Positions 38,170 to 48,663 of a stretch of DNA of 64,000 nt are shown here, piece by piece. Source of the DNA: Candidatus Heimdallarchaeota archaeon (GTDB lineage Archaea; Asgardarchaeota; Heimdallarchaeia; JABLTI01); assembly GCA_018238155.1 (NCBI GenBank), contig JABCTZ010000011.1, positions 1-64,000 on the forward strand, read 5' to 3'. The position numbers were made by a program, and so were the translations under genes. The notes under the pieces were generated by a model that was given only the letters and a program-made list of their open reading frames with translations, was not told the DNA's origin and made no database searches. Position 1 is the first letter of the stretch. Each line of letters opens with the position of its first letter.

Positions 38170-40917
38170 ATGTTGTTTATTAATAAATACAATAAAAAAG
38201 ATAACAATTTTTTAAATATTTTATTTATTCAAACACATAATGTGAATGAAATAAAAACGATAAAACAGAAAATTGCCGATAACAATATCAATGATAATGG
38301 AAAAAGTTCATATTTTCATTCTTTAGGAAAATATGATATTGTAATCTTAGAAGAAACAAAAGATCTTACTTCTATACAAAAATCACCTATTCTTACCGAT
38401 CCAACAATACAAATCAAAGGGTGGTTTCCAATATCTGCTGTTGAATTTTACTCTGATTTAGATCTGAAAAATAGCAATTTTGAAGTAGTAAATTCTGAGA
38501 ACAACGAACTAAAGCGTGGTTTTGAAATTAGTGAAACAGAAATAGTTCTTGTTACTTTGATTAATCTTCAAGATTTTATAAATTTAAATGAGAATATTTC
38601 CAATACCATTTTTCGTAATTTAAACGATTCTTCAAAAGTTATAGATACAAAATCCTTTTCTGATTTCTCAAGATTTTGCATTATTGAGGATTTGATACAA
38701 TTAGCTTATGAGAAGCAAATAGAAATGAGAATTTTTGGTGGTTTTGGTAGAAATGAAATTATTATACTAACAAATCTAACAACAAGTGATTCTAATAAAT
38801 TACAAAATGCTGAAAGCATATACTATCAAAGAAGAAATAATGGGAAAAAAACAACACAAAAACCTGTAACCGTTGCTTGGAGAGTTACAAACTTAATTAA
38901 TCAAATTCTTCCAATAAATAAAAATTTAGCAACAATATTACCACATATTGAATTGGATAATATCGAAAAAAGAATAAATGCCAATGCTATTAATATTTCC
39001 AGAGCTATAGATTTAACCTCAATTATATCAATATCATTTAATGCAAATAGTATTATCAATTTGGATACTGATACTGTTTCAATTATTGAAGAAGAAACAA
39101 AATTAAGCACTTTTATTTCCACTGATAATATACTGTCGTGTATAGAACTTCCAAAACTTGATAAATTAATAAAAAGAAACACTATTTTCGGGTTTTATGA
39201 TTATTATTATGAATGGGAATGTGGTATTTTTGAATGTATTGATAAAATAATTAGCTTTAAAAGAACAATAGAAGAAAGTGATAATCTTATTCAAACATAT
39301 ACTTTTATCTCCCCAATAAATCTTTCAAGTAAATTCGAAAAAGTTAATGGTTATCTAAAAACATTAGATTTTAAAAAAAGTAAGAATTATTTAAGCATTA
39401 TACCTAGAAAACCAAATTGTTCTGGATGCTCAGTTTTTAAAATATTAAAACAAAATAATTATCCCCCCTCAAATTTAAAGAGATTATTCTTTTATTTTGC
39501 TGAAAATAAACTTTTTGAATTAGAATCCATTATAAGAAATTCCTTTGAAGATCCTTCAATAATTTGTTCATTAAGGAATATATGTAACTATATTGAAGGC
39601 ATTTATAAAGACATAGTTAAATATTCAGAGATAGAGGAAGAAAAGAGAAATAAAATTGAAAATCCATTATTATACCCTAAATATATAAAATATATTGAAA
39701 ATGAAAAGAATAGAAATAGAAACAAATTAATGCAAGATATTGGAACATTACAATTTGTTTTGCAACAAAGACTTTCAAATCTACAACAAACAAAAATGAT
39801 AGGTGGCAAATCTTTAGAAATAAATCAAATTCCTATTAATTATGAACAAATAATTATTGCTGCTGAAACAATGTGTTTTTATACATTTAATCAATTTAAT
39901 ATGAATTTATTCGAAATGGATTTAATTAAAGCTAAATTATGGCCAATTGTTACAATTGGATTAGATAGCACTTTTACACTAATTCCACCAGGTTTTATAA
40001 ATTTACCAAATAAAAGTATTTATGAGCCAAGCACTTGGTCTGGTATTATCCATGAATCGATACATTATATATTCAATCATATAAAAATAGAGGGAAAGAA
40101 ACTAGAAAAATATAATGAAATATCAAATTTAGTAAAAAATGAAAATGATGAGAATATTGAATACTTTGAAATTTTTGATGATTTGCTAATTGATTTAATT
40201 ATATTAATAATTGGATTTGATTTTAATATTACGCCATTTATAATCTCCTCTATAACAAATATGATTGAAGAGAATTTTACTTGGGAAAACTTTAGTCGAT
40301 TGATTATTTCTTTTACATTCTCAATTTATTATGAATTAAACAAAGAAAATGATATAGATTTAATCCCCCTCAATGAGATTTTGTCTCATAAATTTCCGAG
40401 TAAAAACAAAAATCATGAACTAGATTTCTTTGATAAGATATGTGAAATAGTTTCTATTTTTTATCAAAATATAATCGATCAAGAAAAACTACCTTATAAA
40501 AGTGATGAAGTCAAAAAAATATTTAATACATTTTGTAATAAAACATACAAAGTTAAAAACTTTGAAACTAAAAAATCTTTATTGGAATTATTTTATGATT
40601 ATTTGATTATTCAAGGGGATATGATAAAGATTAAAGATTCAAAGAAAAATGATATTAGAACCTTACGGAAATATCTCGAAGAAGGAAAGATATCCAATTT
40701 TTCACCCAAAGATATATTGTTGTGTTTAAATGAACCTTTAGAAAAAAACACTCATAAATTGAAATTTTCAATACGAGGTAAGGAAATGGAATATGAATAT
40801 TATTTTCCAAAAGAAAATTTCAGAATAACTAATAGTCTAATAGTAAAATATACTGCAATAATGAATTTAATTAAATGGCAAGAGGAACAAATACTTGGGG
40901 AATATAAAAAATTATAA
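38170..40917 (+). CDS. 915-aa protein with repeated ferredoxin-like GxYD units and HExxH metallopeptidase motif
   Basis: SLGKYDIV, GFGRNEII, IFGFYDYY; WSGIIHESIHY followed by EIFDD; 11 nt downstream of HD gene. Confidence 0.65.
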   Translation: MLFINKYNKKDNNFLNILFIQTHNVNEIKTIKQKIADNNINDNGKSSYFHSLGKYDIVILEETKDLTSIQKSPILTDPTIQIKGWFPISAVEFYSDLDLKNSNFEVVNSENNELKRGFEISETEIVLVTLINLQDFINLNENISNTIFRNLNDSSKVIDTKSFSDFSRFCIIEDLIQLAYEKQIEMRIFGGFGRNEIIILTNLTTSDSNKLQNAESIYYQRRNNGKKTTQKPVTVAWRVTNLINQILPINKNLATILPHIELDNIEKRINANAINISRAIDLTSIISISFNANSIINLDTDTVSIIEEETKLSTFISTDNILSCIELPKLDKLIKRNTIFGFYDYYYEWECGIFECIDKIISFKRTIEESDNLIQTYTFISPINLSSKFEKVNGYLKTLDFKKSKNYLSIIPRKPNCSGCSVFKILKQNNYPPSNLKRLFFYFAENKLFELESIIRNSFEDPSIICSLRNICNYIEGIYKDIVKYSEIEEEKRNKIENPLLYPKYIKYIENEKNRNRNKLMQDIGTLQFVLQQRLSNLQQTKMIGGKSLEINQIPINYEQIIIAAETMCFYTFNQFNMNLFEMDLIKAKLWPIVTIGLDSTFTLIPPGFINLPNKSIYEPSTWSGIIHESIHYIFNHIKIEGKKLEKYNEISNLVKNENDENIEYFEIFDDLLIDLIILIIGFDFNITPFIISSITNMIEENFTWENFSRLIISFTFSIYYELNKENDIDLIPLNEILSHKFPSKNKNHELDFFDKICEIVSIFYQNIIDQEKLPYKSDEVKKIFNTFCNKTYKVKNFETKKSLLELFYDYLIIQGDMIKIKDSKKNDIRTLRKYLEEGKISNFSPKDILLCLNEPLEKNTHKLKFSIRGKEMEYEYYFPKENFRITNSLIVKYTAIMNLIKWQEEQILGEYKKL

Positions 40918-41206
40918 TGAAAGGATTGATTTGAATGAATCTTAAGGATGTTTGTTAAACATCTATACCTCTTTCAAGAATTAATCATTATAAATTGTTT
41001 TTTAATAAGTAGAGTTGTTAATAAAAATTGGCAAAATTTCACAAGGTTCATTGAACTTTCTATTTAGCATATGTATTCTTTTTTCTCTCTTTATTTTAAT
41101 TTCCTTGATTTAAAATAGAAATTTTTATTACTTATTAAAAATAAATCTGATTTCTTACTTAGTATACGTTTTTCTGTTGATTGAGCAAAAATCAAACTTT
41201 AAGGAT

Positions 41207-41285
41207 TGGCGGATGTGGGGAGATTTGAACTCCCGAACCTCCTGGTCCGGAGCCAGGCACTCTATCCAAGCTGAGCTACACATCC
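41207..41285 (-). tRNA. tRNA-Arg(CCG), CCA encoded
   Basis: GGATGTG acceptor, CCTGG-CTCCGGA-CCAGG. Confidence 0.95.
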
Positions 41286-41401
41286 AAGTAGAAAAAAAAT
41301 TCTTTTTAGTAATTAATTCTTTTTGCCTAATCGTTAAATTTAAGTAGTAATAACATTGGACAGACACCATAAGAATGGATAATTAGGAGAAAATCGAAAA
41401 A

Positions 41402-41614
41402 ATGTCCGAACCAACCATCCCAAAACCAACTTCAGAATTCATTCAAGTTGAATGTCCTGATTGTAACAAGGTTCAAAGAGTCTTTAGCCATGCTTCCACG
41501 CAAGTTCATTGTCAAGTATGCAATTGCTTATTAGCAAAACCTGCAGGTGGCAAATGTAAAATACTTGGTAAAATCGTTGAACCAGAAAAAAAGGTCGTAG
41601 AACCACAAGCCTAA
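41402..41614 (+). CDS. rps27e: 30S ribosomal protein eS27
   Basis: P.SEFIQVECPDC...VFSHAST.V.CQVC...PAGGK. Confidence 0.96.
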   Translation: MSEPTIPKPTSEFIQVECPDCNKVQRVFSHASTQVHCQVCNCLLAKPAGGKCKILGKIVEPEKKVVEPQA

Positions 41615-41706
41615 AACCGTTATTTCATTTTGAATATGAAATCCTTCAAAGAACGTTTTAAAAGAGATTAGGTTTATTTTTTCAAACCTATTCAACTATT
41701 TATTTT

Positions 41707-42297
41707 CTACAAGTTTGGTAGATCTACTCTATCTGCCGCATTTTTCATTATCAGTGTTTTTGCATATATGATTGGTAGTCGTACAATGTCTTCTTTTTTG
41801 AAAGGACCAAATGTTTTCTTTGTTTCACCTTTCGCTGTAGCAGCAACTATTTCAGGTATATCTTCTAAAATTCGAATAATCATTAATTCTATTTCTTCTG
41901 TTTTTTTCTCTTCTCTTGGTAATTCTATTGATACTTTTCCGTAAATGCTTCTTTGATTATGCTCATCAAATAGGCGCTCAAGATTGGACACCAGGTCAAT
42001 TTCTTCAGCAGCCAAACCATCTTTATTTAAATTATCATCTAAAATTTCATGAATGATTTTATGTTTTCTGACTTTTGATAAATCACGTAAAATTTTATTT
42101 AAACGCTCAATTCGTTCATTGATTATCGTGAAGGAAACGGTCTCTTTTTTATCTAATTTTTCAAGATCTTTTACAAGCATGTTAATTTTCTGTCTTATTG
42201 TTGAATAGATTACACTTTTTACTTCAAGTAATTTATTTGATTGTCTTTCGCTTTTCCAAAGCAGAACGATTTGATTATATTGTTTATCTCTACTCAT
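41707..42297 (-). CDS. gins: GINS complex subunit (Gins51/15 type)
   Basis: Helical A-domain (ER..., R..KI) plus C-terminal B-domain FGPFKKEDIVRLP..A..LI; next to PCNA. Confidence 0.8.
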   Translation of the reverse strand: MSRDKQYNQIVLLWKSERQSNKLLEVKSVIYSTIRQKINMLVKDLEKLDKKETVSFTIINERIERLNKILRDLSKVRKHKIIHEILDDNLNKDGLAAEEIDLVSNLERLFDEHNQRSIYGKVSIELPREEKKTEEIELMIIRILEDIPEIVAATAKGETKKTFGPFKKEDIVRLPIIYAKTLIMKNAADRVDLPNL

Positions 42298-42513
42298 TCA
42301 TTTATCCTCGATGTTGTATAGATTGCATTTTCTGATTACTTTCATTTTACTTTCTAACGATAAATAGTCATTTTTATCTTTTACTTTTTTGGCACTTGCT
42401 TACAAAACAATTTGTTATATTTCTATTGATAGAAAGAAGGAAAGATGGGCGAGTAAGCCTCCTTATCCTCTGAATATGATAGCTAATTCCTATGAAATAA
42501 ATGCTGAAATTTC

Positions 42514-43275
42514 TTAGGTTTCAATTCTTGGTGCAAGGTAATAAGTAAGTTTTCCTCCAGCGACAATTGGAAACTCCAATTGAATTGGCATACTAGCAGA
42601 GAATGCTAGCATTACTAATTCACTTGCTTTGATTGCTTTTGTCATCTCAGTTAAATAGCTAAGTGAATACATTGCACTTGATTCTTCTCTTACATTGAAT
42701 TCAGCAATTACATCACTATCTTTTTCGATGTAAATCTTTACATCCTTGGTTTCACTAGAAGCAGAAAATGTTAAGCCATTTTCATCTGTTACAATTCTAA
42801 TATGATCACCGATTATTTCAGCGTCTTTTACTGCTTGTTGCAAAGCATCTGCAGTGAGTTTTATCTTTGATTTACTATCAATTGCTGGTGCAGGGTAATC
42901 GCTTTCTCCTAAATCGAGCAAGCTTATACCAAAACTTCTAACATTTTGCCCTTTGAATGTCATTACAAGTTTTGCTGTTCCTTCAAGCTCCATTATAAGT
43001 TCATCAGATGAACTTGAGCGTCTCATGATCTGAATCATTTCATCTAAATTAATGCCTAAACGAGTGACTTCCGAACATTCATATTCTTCGAAAGCATTTG
43101 CAGGAAGGAAAAAGTCGACCATAGCTACTCTACTGGGATCCATTGCCCGTAGTTCAATGCCTCTTTCTGAGGCGATGAAATTTGCTTCATCAAGTAAGGT
43201 GAGTGATTCGATAATATTTTTCCATATTTTTGCGTCTGCTAAAACCATTCTAAGTGCCATTATTTTATCCTCCAT
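42514..43275 (-). CDS. pcn: DNA polymerase sliding clamp PCNA
   Basis: LRAMDPSRVAMV, YSLSYL, LTYYLAPRIE. Confidence 0.98.
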   Translation of the reverse strand: MEDKIMALRMVLADAKIWKNIIESLTLLDEANFIASERGIELRAMDPSRVAMVDFFLPANAFEEYECSEVTRLGINLDEMIQIMRRSSSSDELIMELEGTAKLVMTFKGQNVRSFGISLLDLGESDYPAPAIDSKSKIKLTADALQQAVKDAEIIGDHIRIVTDENGLTFSASSETKDVKIYIEKDSDVIAEFNVREESSAMYSLSYLTEMTKAIKASELVMLAFSASMPIQLEFPIVAGGKLTYYLAPRIET

Positions 43276-43492
43276 ACTGTATATTGGACCCTCAATTTTT
43301 CTATTAAACTTTCAATTTGTTTCTGTTTACTCTTGTTACTATTCTTCATTTTAATTTCTCTATTAAAAAGTTCTTATCACTGTTTTGTAATCACATAGCC
43401 TTTTTTTTGAGGTAAGAACTTTTCTCTTCACAATTATTTCCTAATTCTAGAATAAAAGTTCATCTTTTTTCCAAAAATCGACTTTTTCAACC

Positions 43493-45112
43493 TTAATTTC
43501 CTACTATTTTCCCATGTACCAATTTTTCAGTGATTACTTTGTCAATATAAATGGTAACGATCTCTCCAATCCTTTCCTTTGCATTTTCAACTGCAACCAT
43601 CGGTCCACCCTCAAGGATATTGCCAATTGCTCCACCTTCTTCTCGATAATTAGGTTCACTTAATATCACTCTTACTTTTTTTCCAACCAAATTGGTCTTC
43701 TTCCGGAGATTGACTTCATTAGCAGCATCAGCAATCATTTTACTGATAGGGTTTTTCACCGCAGGTTTTGGCGGAGGAACATCGCCAAAAGCAGACATTG
43801 GTAGAGGACGAAATCGATAGATAGTTACTTTTTCGATGAATGGTTCCAAATTATGAATTAATTTTACTGTTTCTTTTGCTGTTTGTTTTGTTTGACCTGG
43901 CAAACTATGGATAAAATAAACATGGGCTTTCAAACCATATTTGTGAGCGATTTTCACAGCACGGAGAGTTTCCAGAGGCATACTTGATCGTCCCAACTGA
44001 ATAGCATGAGATTCACTTCCTGTTTCACAACCGATACTAAAAGAAGAGTTTGGAAGATATTTAGATAGAATTTTAGCTACTTCCTCTGTAAAGAGGTGTG
44101 CTTTAATATTTTCTACCTCTATCCATGCTTTCCCATTCGCAACACTTCCAATAGACGTTATTTGTGAAAGGAGCTCTTCGATTAACTTGGTATTTGCTTT
44201 TGGAAAATACGGATTCATCAGCAAATTATCTCCTATTTTACTATCTCTCCCAAAATCGAGAAAATCTGGTGCACTAAGTATAATTCTCTTAACATTTTTT
44301 TCAAGTAGCTCAGTAATTTCTTTTACTACCTGTTCAGGTGTTCGACTACGTGCAGGACCAAATAAGTTAGGTACACTACAAAAACCACATCCAGGAGGTA
44401 TTCCTTCTGGGCAATTCAATCTATCCTCAAGAGAAAAGCTATCACAAAAACCACAATTTGAGCATTCTCTACCATCAGGTAGGAGAAGCTTGGTTCCTTT
44501 AAAATTAGAACAACCTCTCACACATTCTACATATACTTTGGCTGAGAAATACTTGGGATAATCAGTTATGCATTTAGTAGATGCTTGATATGTTCTGAAT
44601 TCCTCTCGAGAGGAATAATTTCTAAAACCATTAATTTTCATTTTGCCTTTTGAATCAAAAAATCCAATACCAAGAATTTTCTCCAAAATTTCTACTGAAG
44701 GCGTTTCTCTTAAAGCATCATATTCAATTAGCTCTTTGATTGTTTTTTCTCCTTCTCCAATAACAATAATATCTGCTTGAGTTGAGAGCAAGGTAGAACC
44801 TAATTCAGAGGAAATTGGACCTCCAACTACTATTCGACCATCAGAGTTTTTCCTCCAAGAAGAGATTACTCTTTTTACAGCTATTTTATCCATAGACATA
44901 GCGCTAATAAATAAAGAAGAAAAATCATTTGGAATCCCTTTCTCGAGGACGTCTTCTGCGAGAAAAATTTTTGCCTCAATTCCTAACCTTTCAAGAACAC
45001 CATATACACTTCTAGAACCGGCACCAATAGCATCTCGAGTGAATCTTCTTTTTCCTTTACCTGAACCTGTAGCATCGACAATAGCAATCTTGTGAAAAGC
45101 AGTATTCATCAT
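43493..45112 (-). CDS. B12-binding radical SAM protein with C-terminal TRAM domain
   Basis: VVGGP, IGEGE, ECVRGC...PGCGFC, SIGCETGS, TRAM-like C-terminus. Confidence 0.88.
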   Translation of the reverse strand: MMNTAFHKIAIVDATGSGKGKRRFTRDAIGAGSRSVYGVLERLGIEAKIFLAEDVLEKGIPNDFSSLFISAMSMDKIAVKRVISSWRKNSDGRIVVGGPISSELGSTLLSTQADIIVIGEGEKTIKELIEYDALRETPSVEILEKILGIGFFDSKGKMKINGFRNYSSREEFRTYQASTKCITDYPKYFSAKVYVECVRGCSNFKGTKLLLPDGRECSNCGFCDSFSLEDRLNCPEGIPPGCGFCSVPNLFGPARSRTPEQVVKEITELLEKNVKRIILSAPDFLDFGRDSKIGDNLLMNPYFPKANTKLIEELLSQITSIGSVANGKAWIEVENIKAHLFTEEVAKILSKYLPNSSFSIGCETGSESHAIQLGRSSMPLETLRAVKIAHKYGLKAHVYFIHSLPGQTKQTAKETVKLIHNLEPFIEKVTIYRFRPLPMSAFGDVPPPKPAVKNPISKMIADAANEVNLRKKTNLVGKKVRVILSEPNYREEGGAIGNILEGGPMVAVENAKERIGEIVTIYIDKVITEKLVHGKIVGN

Positions 45113-45362
45113 GTTTCATCCAGAAAATTAATTACTAATTTGTTAAGTTTACGTTTACTTAGCTTGTTTTGCTCAAAAATATTTCGAAATTTAAACGTTT
45201 TATTAGATACAAAACAACAGCAAACAAAAGAAAGATATTCTAGTAAAGTTACCAGTCAAATATAAGAATGAAAACCAATGCTATTTGAATTCAATCGAAG
45301 AATAGATTTAAATTCCGAAAGATTTGGTGCTAACAATAAGACGTAAAGGATTGAATGAAAAA

Positions 45363-45929
45363 ATGAAAGAAAATGGTGAATTTCTTTTACCTGGCGATTA
45401 CATTTGTGTTGAAGAAGAAGCTCTCCCTGGAGAGGGAACCTATGTTGCTGAAGGTAAAGTATTAACAACAGTCACTGGTACTGTTTTTAACGATACAAAG
45501 AAACGAACAGTCAGTATTTTTCCAAAAGTAAGAAAACCATTAGTTCCTAAAAAAGGAGATGTTATTATTGGGCAGGCTGAAAATGTCAATAAACATATGG
45601 TTTCTATGTCTGTCTCATATATTAACGGACAATCTATAACTCCATCTTACTCAGCAATTATGCATATCTCTCATACTACAAGATCTTATCTCGACTCAAT
45701 GTTTGATGCTCTTAAAGAAGGCGATATTATTAGAGGAAAGATAATGGATGCTCATACACTTCCAATACAGTTCACAACAACCTATAATGAACTTGGTGTA
45801 ATCTATGCACTCTGCAGTAAATGTGGAGAACGATTGCGATACTTACGAAGGGGCACACTCAAATGTGATAATTGTGATAACATAGAACCCCGAAAAGTCG
45901 CAGAAGATTATGGACGAGCACGATTATAA
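45363..45929 (+). CDS. csl4: Exosome RNA-binding subunit Csl4
   Basis: LPGD...EEE.LPGEGTY, S1 domain, LGVIYALCSKCG...C..C..IEPRKVA. Confidence 0.93.
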   Translation: MKENGEFLLPGDYICVEEEALPGEGTYVAEGKVLTTVTGTVFNDTKKRTVSIFPKVRKPLVPKKGDVIIGQAENVNKHMVSMSVSYINGQSITPSYSAIMHISHTTRSYLDSMFDALKEGDIIRGKIMDAHTLPIQFTTTYNELGVIYALCSKCGERLRYLRRGTLKCDNCDNIEPRKVAEDYGRARL

Positions 45930-45956
45930 TTGAAATAAGATATAATATTTAGTAAA

Positions 45957-46589
45957 GTGAGGGATTTTCTAATGGCTCGTTGGACAGCAAAAGAAATGGT
46001 ATTGACTGTTTCTTCCACAGAAGAAGCAATTCTCGTGCTAGAAACAATACAAAAACAAATAAAAAAAGTTGATATTATTGCTGACTACCATTCTGGAAAG
46101 GTAACTATTCGGTTCGAAGGAGCAAAAGACCATCTTAAAGATGCCATCGAGCGAGCAAAGAATGTTCACCAAACTGTAAATGGTATGCTCTATCCTGATA
46201 GAGATGGCTTCTACGATTATGATATAACTCATATCTCCAAAATGATTGGTAAAACATTTCCAATAAAGATTCTTTTAAGAGTTTTAGAAAAACGAGGTAT
46301 TGAAAGCAGTCGTGATGAGAATATCATTTATTCTAAAATGGTCTATAAACAATTAGTTCAATTAATCATTGCAATAGATAACTACCTCACCTCAATGCCA
46401 TATGAGGTTTCCACAAAAAGTTTGAGAGAAGTACTGGCAACAATTGCAGTAGTAAAAAACATCTCCATTGAAAAAGCAATAGCATTAGCTCAAAAGATGA
46501 AAGTAACAAGTGAGGATGACTATAAAAGGTTAATATTATCTGTTGAACCTTCACAAGCAATTGACAAATGCTTAGAGAACTCGAAATGA
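45957..46589 (+). CDS. DUF2067-like protein
   Basis: Position between csl4 and rpoL, where DUF2067 usually lies, and compatible size. Confidence 0.55.
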   Translation: MRDFLMARWTAKEMVLTVSSTEEAILVLETIQKQIKKVDIIADYHSGKVTIRFEGAKDHLKDAIERAKNVHQTVNGMLYPDRDGFYDYDITHISKMIGKTFPIKILLRVLEKRGIESSRDENIIYSKMVYKQLVQLIIAIDNYLTSMPYEVSTKSLREVLATIAVVKNISIEKAIALAQKMKVTSEDDYKRLILSVEPSQAIDKCLENSK

Positions 46590-46685
46590 AGCAAAAGATT
46601 AATAGAAGTAATGAAAAATCGAACAATTAGCAACAAATTCTTATTATTAATTATCTTTTAACAATGAAACGGCGGTTCGAAAAAA

Positions 46686-46964
46686 ATGGAAATCAAAATT
46701 TTAGAATATGACGAAGAAAAAGAAATTACTCTCGAGATAAAAGGTGAAGGACATACTTTTACAAATGTTATAAGGGAATTTTTGAGTGATGTAAAAGATG
46801 TGGATTCAGCAGGGTATTTCAAAGCACATCCTTTCGTCGAAACAACAAAACTAGTTATTAAAGCTGTACCAAAGAAGAAAATAGACAAAGCGGCAAGAAC
46901 AGCAGCAAAAGAACTTGGTAAAACCTGTGATGAGTTTTACAAATTATTAGATAAGGTTGCTTAA
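46686..46964 (+). CDS. rpoL: RNA polymerase subunit Rpo11
   Basis: GEGHTFTN...AGY..AHP. Confidence 0.95.
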   Translation: MEIKILEYDEEKEITLEIKGEGHTFTNVIREFLSDVKDVDSAGYFKAHPFVETTKLVIKAVPKKKIDKAARTAAKELGKTCDEFYKLLDKVA

Positions 46965-47066
46965 ATGCAATACTGGATTGATCTCAAATGACAATGAGGT
47001 CTATTCTAGAAATTTATCAAATTCCTTTTTATTTAATATTAATGTCTATCATATAGTTTCTCATAG

Positions 47067-47504
47067 TTGATTCCAATGAAAAAAAATAATCTACCTGAAC
47101 CCTTGAGAACAAGATTAACACAAGTAATGAGAGATCATAGTTTAGCAAAATTTGGTGACTCTCTAACGAATTTTGTTTATTCGTTAGCAAAAACAAGACG
47201 ATACAAGCAATCATTTGGAGAGCGAGTATTAGATAAATCACTGGCGGAAGCAATAAGAAATGCGAATCTAAGATCTGTTATGCCATCAAGTGTGTCATCA
47301 GGTGATCTAGGAGATGGAGCAGAAGCACTAATTGGTCATGCGTATTTAAAAAAGATAATGACTATAGATGAAATGGTGGAAATAATCATTTCAGTAATGC
47401 AAGCAAAGACATTGGAAGAAATTTCTTACAGGAGTAATGAACGATTGCTTATGGCAGAAGCATTCGAAAAAGTATTGTTGGAAATTGTAGCGCGTATATC
47501 ATAA
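47067..47504 (+). CDS. Archaeal ribonuclease III-like protein
   Basis: LAKFGDSL.NF.YS...GDGAEALIG. Confidence 0.85.
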   Translation: MIPMKKNNLPEPLRTRLTQVMRDHSLAKFGDSLTNFVYSLAKTRRYKQSFGERVLDKSLAEAIRNANLRSVMPSSVSSGDLGDGAEALIGHAYLKKIMTIDEMVEIIISVMQAKTLEEISYRSNERLLMAEAFEKVLLEIVARIS

Positions 47505-47519
47505 AGAAATTAGCTTGCA

Positions 47520-48131
47520 GTGCGAAAATTAAACTTGAATTTTGTGGTGAACGTATTGACCCAACAGTTGAAGAAAGGAGTTAAGATACTTGGAATAGCT
47601 TGTGCTTCTTTTAATCGATTAGAGGATAAATTTGTTCCTGTTATTGGAGTAGTGTATCGAGGAGCATCCCTCATTGAGGGGGTAATGAAAACATCAATTG
47701 AGGTTGATGGTGAAGATGCAACAGAAAAAATACAAACAATGATAAAACAAAGTTCTCAAAGCAAACAACTCAAATTGATAATGACTCGAGGTATTACTAT
47801 TGCAGGTTTCAATTATATAGATATCAAGAAATTGTATGAAAAAACAGGGTTGCCTGTGTTATCTGTAGTTGATAGGAAACCAAATTTTGAAAAAATCCGT
47901 TCAGCAATAAAGAATGTTACAAATTGGGAAGAACGCTACAAGGTTATTACTAATTCTGGTTTAATAAGAGAAATTCAATCAGTAGAAGACGAGGAACCTG
48001 TTTTCATACAATCAATTGGTTTCAATGATGAGGAAATAGCTGCCTTTCTGAAAAAAATAACTATTGTCGGGAGAATACCCGAACCAATTAGAGTCGCAAG
48101 ATTGATCGCTACTACAGAAATATGTGAGTAG
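47520..48131 (+). CDS. DUF99 family (endonuclease V-like) protein
   Basis: VDGEDAT, GITIAGFNYID, GRIPEPIRVA. Confidence 0.88.
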   Translation: MRKLNLNFVVNVLTQQLKKGVKILGIACASFNRLEDKFVPVIGVVYRGASLIEGVMKTSIEVDGEDATEKIQTMIKQSSQSKQLKLIMTRGITIAGFNYIDIKKLYEKTGLPVLSVVDRKPNFEKIRSAIKNVTNWEERYKVITNSGLIREIQSVEDEEPVFIQSIGFNDEEIAAFLKKITIVGRIPEPIRVARLIATTEICE

Positions 48132-48197
48132 TTAATTCATCAATCAAATAAATACTAAAAGATTCTTCCCAATAAAAATACTGGGAAGTTAACCCAA

Positions 48198-48563
48198 CTA
48201 ATCATATTCTCGCCATGTTTGTTTGCATTTCGTGCACCGATAGAAGCGTGTTGGTGCTTCATCACCACTTCTTGTCTGCACAGCCCAGTATTGGGTATCA
48301 ACTACTATCTTGCACTTTGGACATCTCATAGGCTTTGTTGGCATAGTGCTTATTTCATCCGGATTTTCTATTATGACCATTTCCTTATCATCAGAGTGCT
48401 TTATTTCTTGTGTTAAAATATTATCTTCTTCTGTTATGCCTTTTTTTCCTGTGCCACATTTTGGGCATGCCATAACATATTTTCCATCTATTTTTGTTGG
48501 TTTTAACATTGATTCACATTCTTCACAAAATTCCATAGCCATATCAGACATCGCCTTTAACAT
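48198..48563 (-). CDS. tfs: Transcription factor S
   Basis: FCEEC...CPKC, QTRSGDEAPTRFYRCTKC. Confidence 0.95.
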   Translation of the reverse strand: MLKAMSDMAMEFCEECESMLKPTKIDGKYVMACPKCGTGKKGITEEDNILTQEIKHSDDKEMVIIENPDEISTMPTKPMRCPKCKIVVDTQYWAVQTRSGDEAPTRFYRCTKCKQTWREYD

Positions 48564-48663
48564 TTATTTTTTAATACTAATTAATCAAAAATAGTTTCCA
48601 CTTTAACAATATTGCTAAATATCTCAATCAAAAAAGGGAAAAATAAGTGAAAAGGAAAGATTA

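Larger units (their letters stand above)
33415..41206. other. Accessory (defence-like) island between convergent tRNA-Arg genes
   Basis: Very AT-rich non-core genes bounded by two tRNA 3' ends; no integrase visible. Confidence 0.65.

Noticed and set aside
43493-45112. Split CxxxCxxC motif with Cys-rich insert as a novelty
   Set aside because: As far as I recall, a normal feature of this archaeal radical SAM/TRAM family
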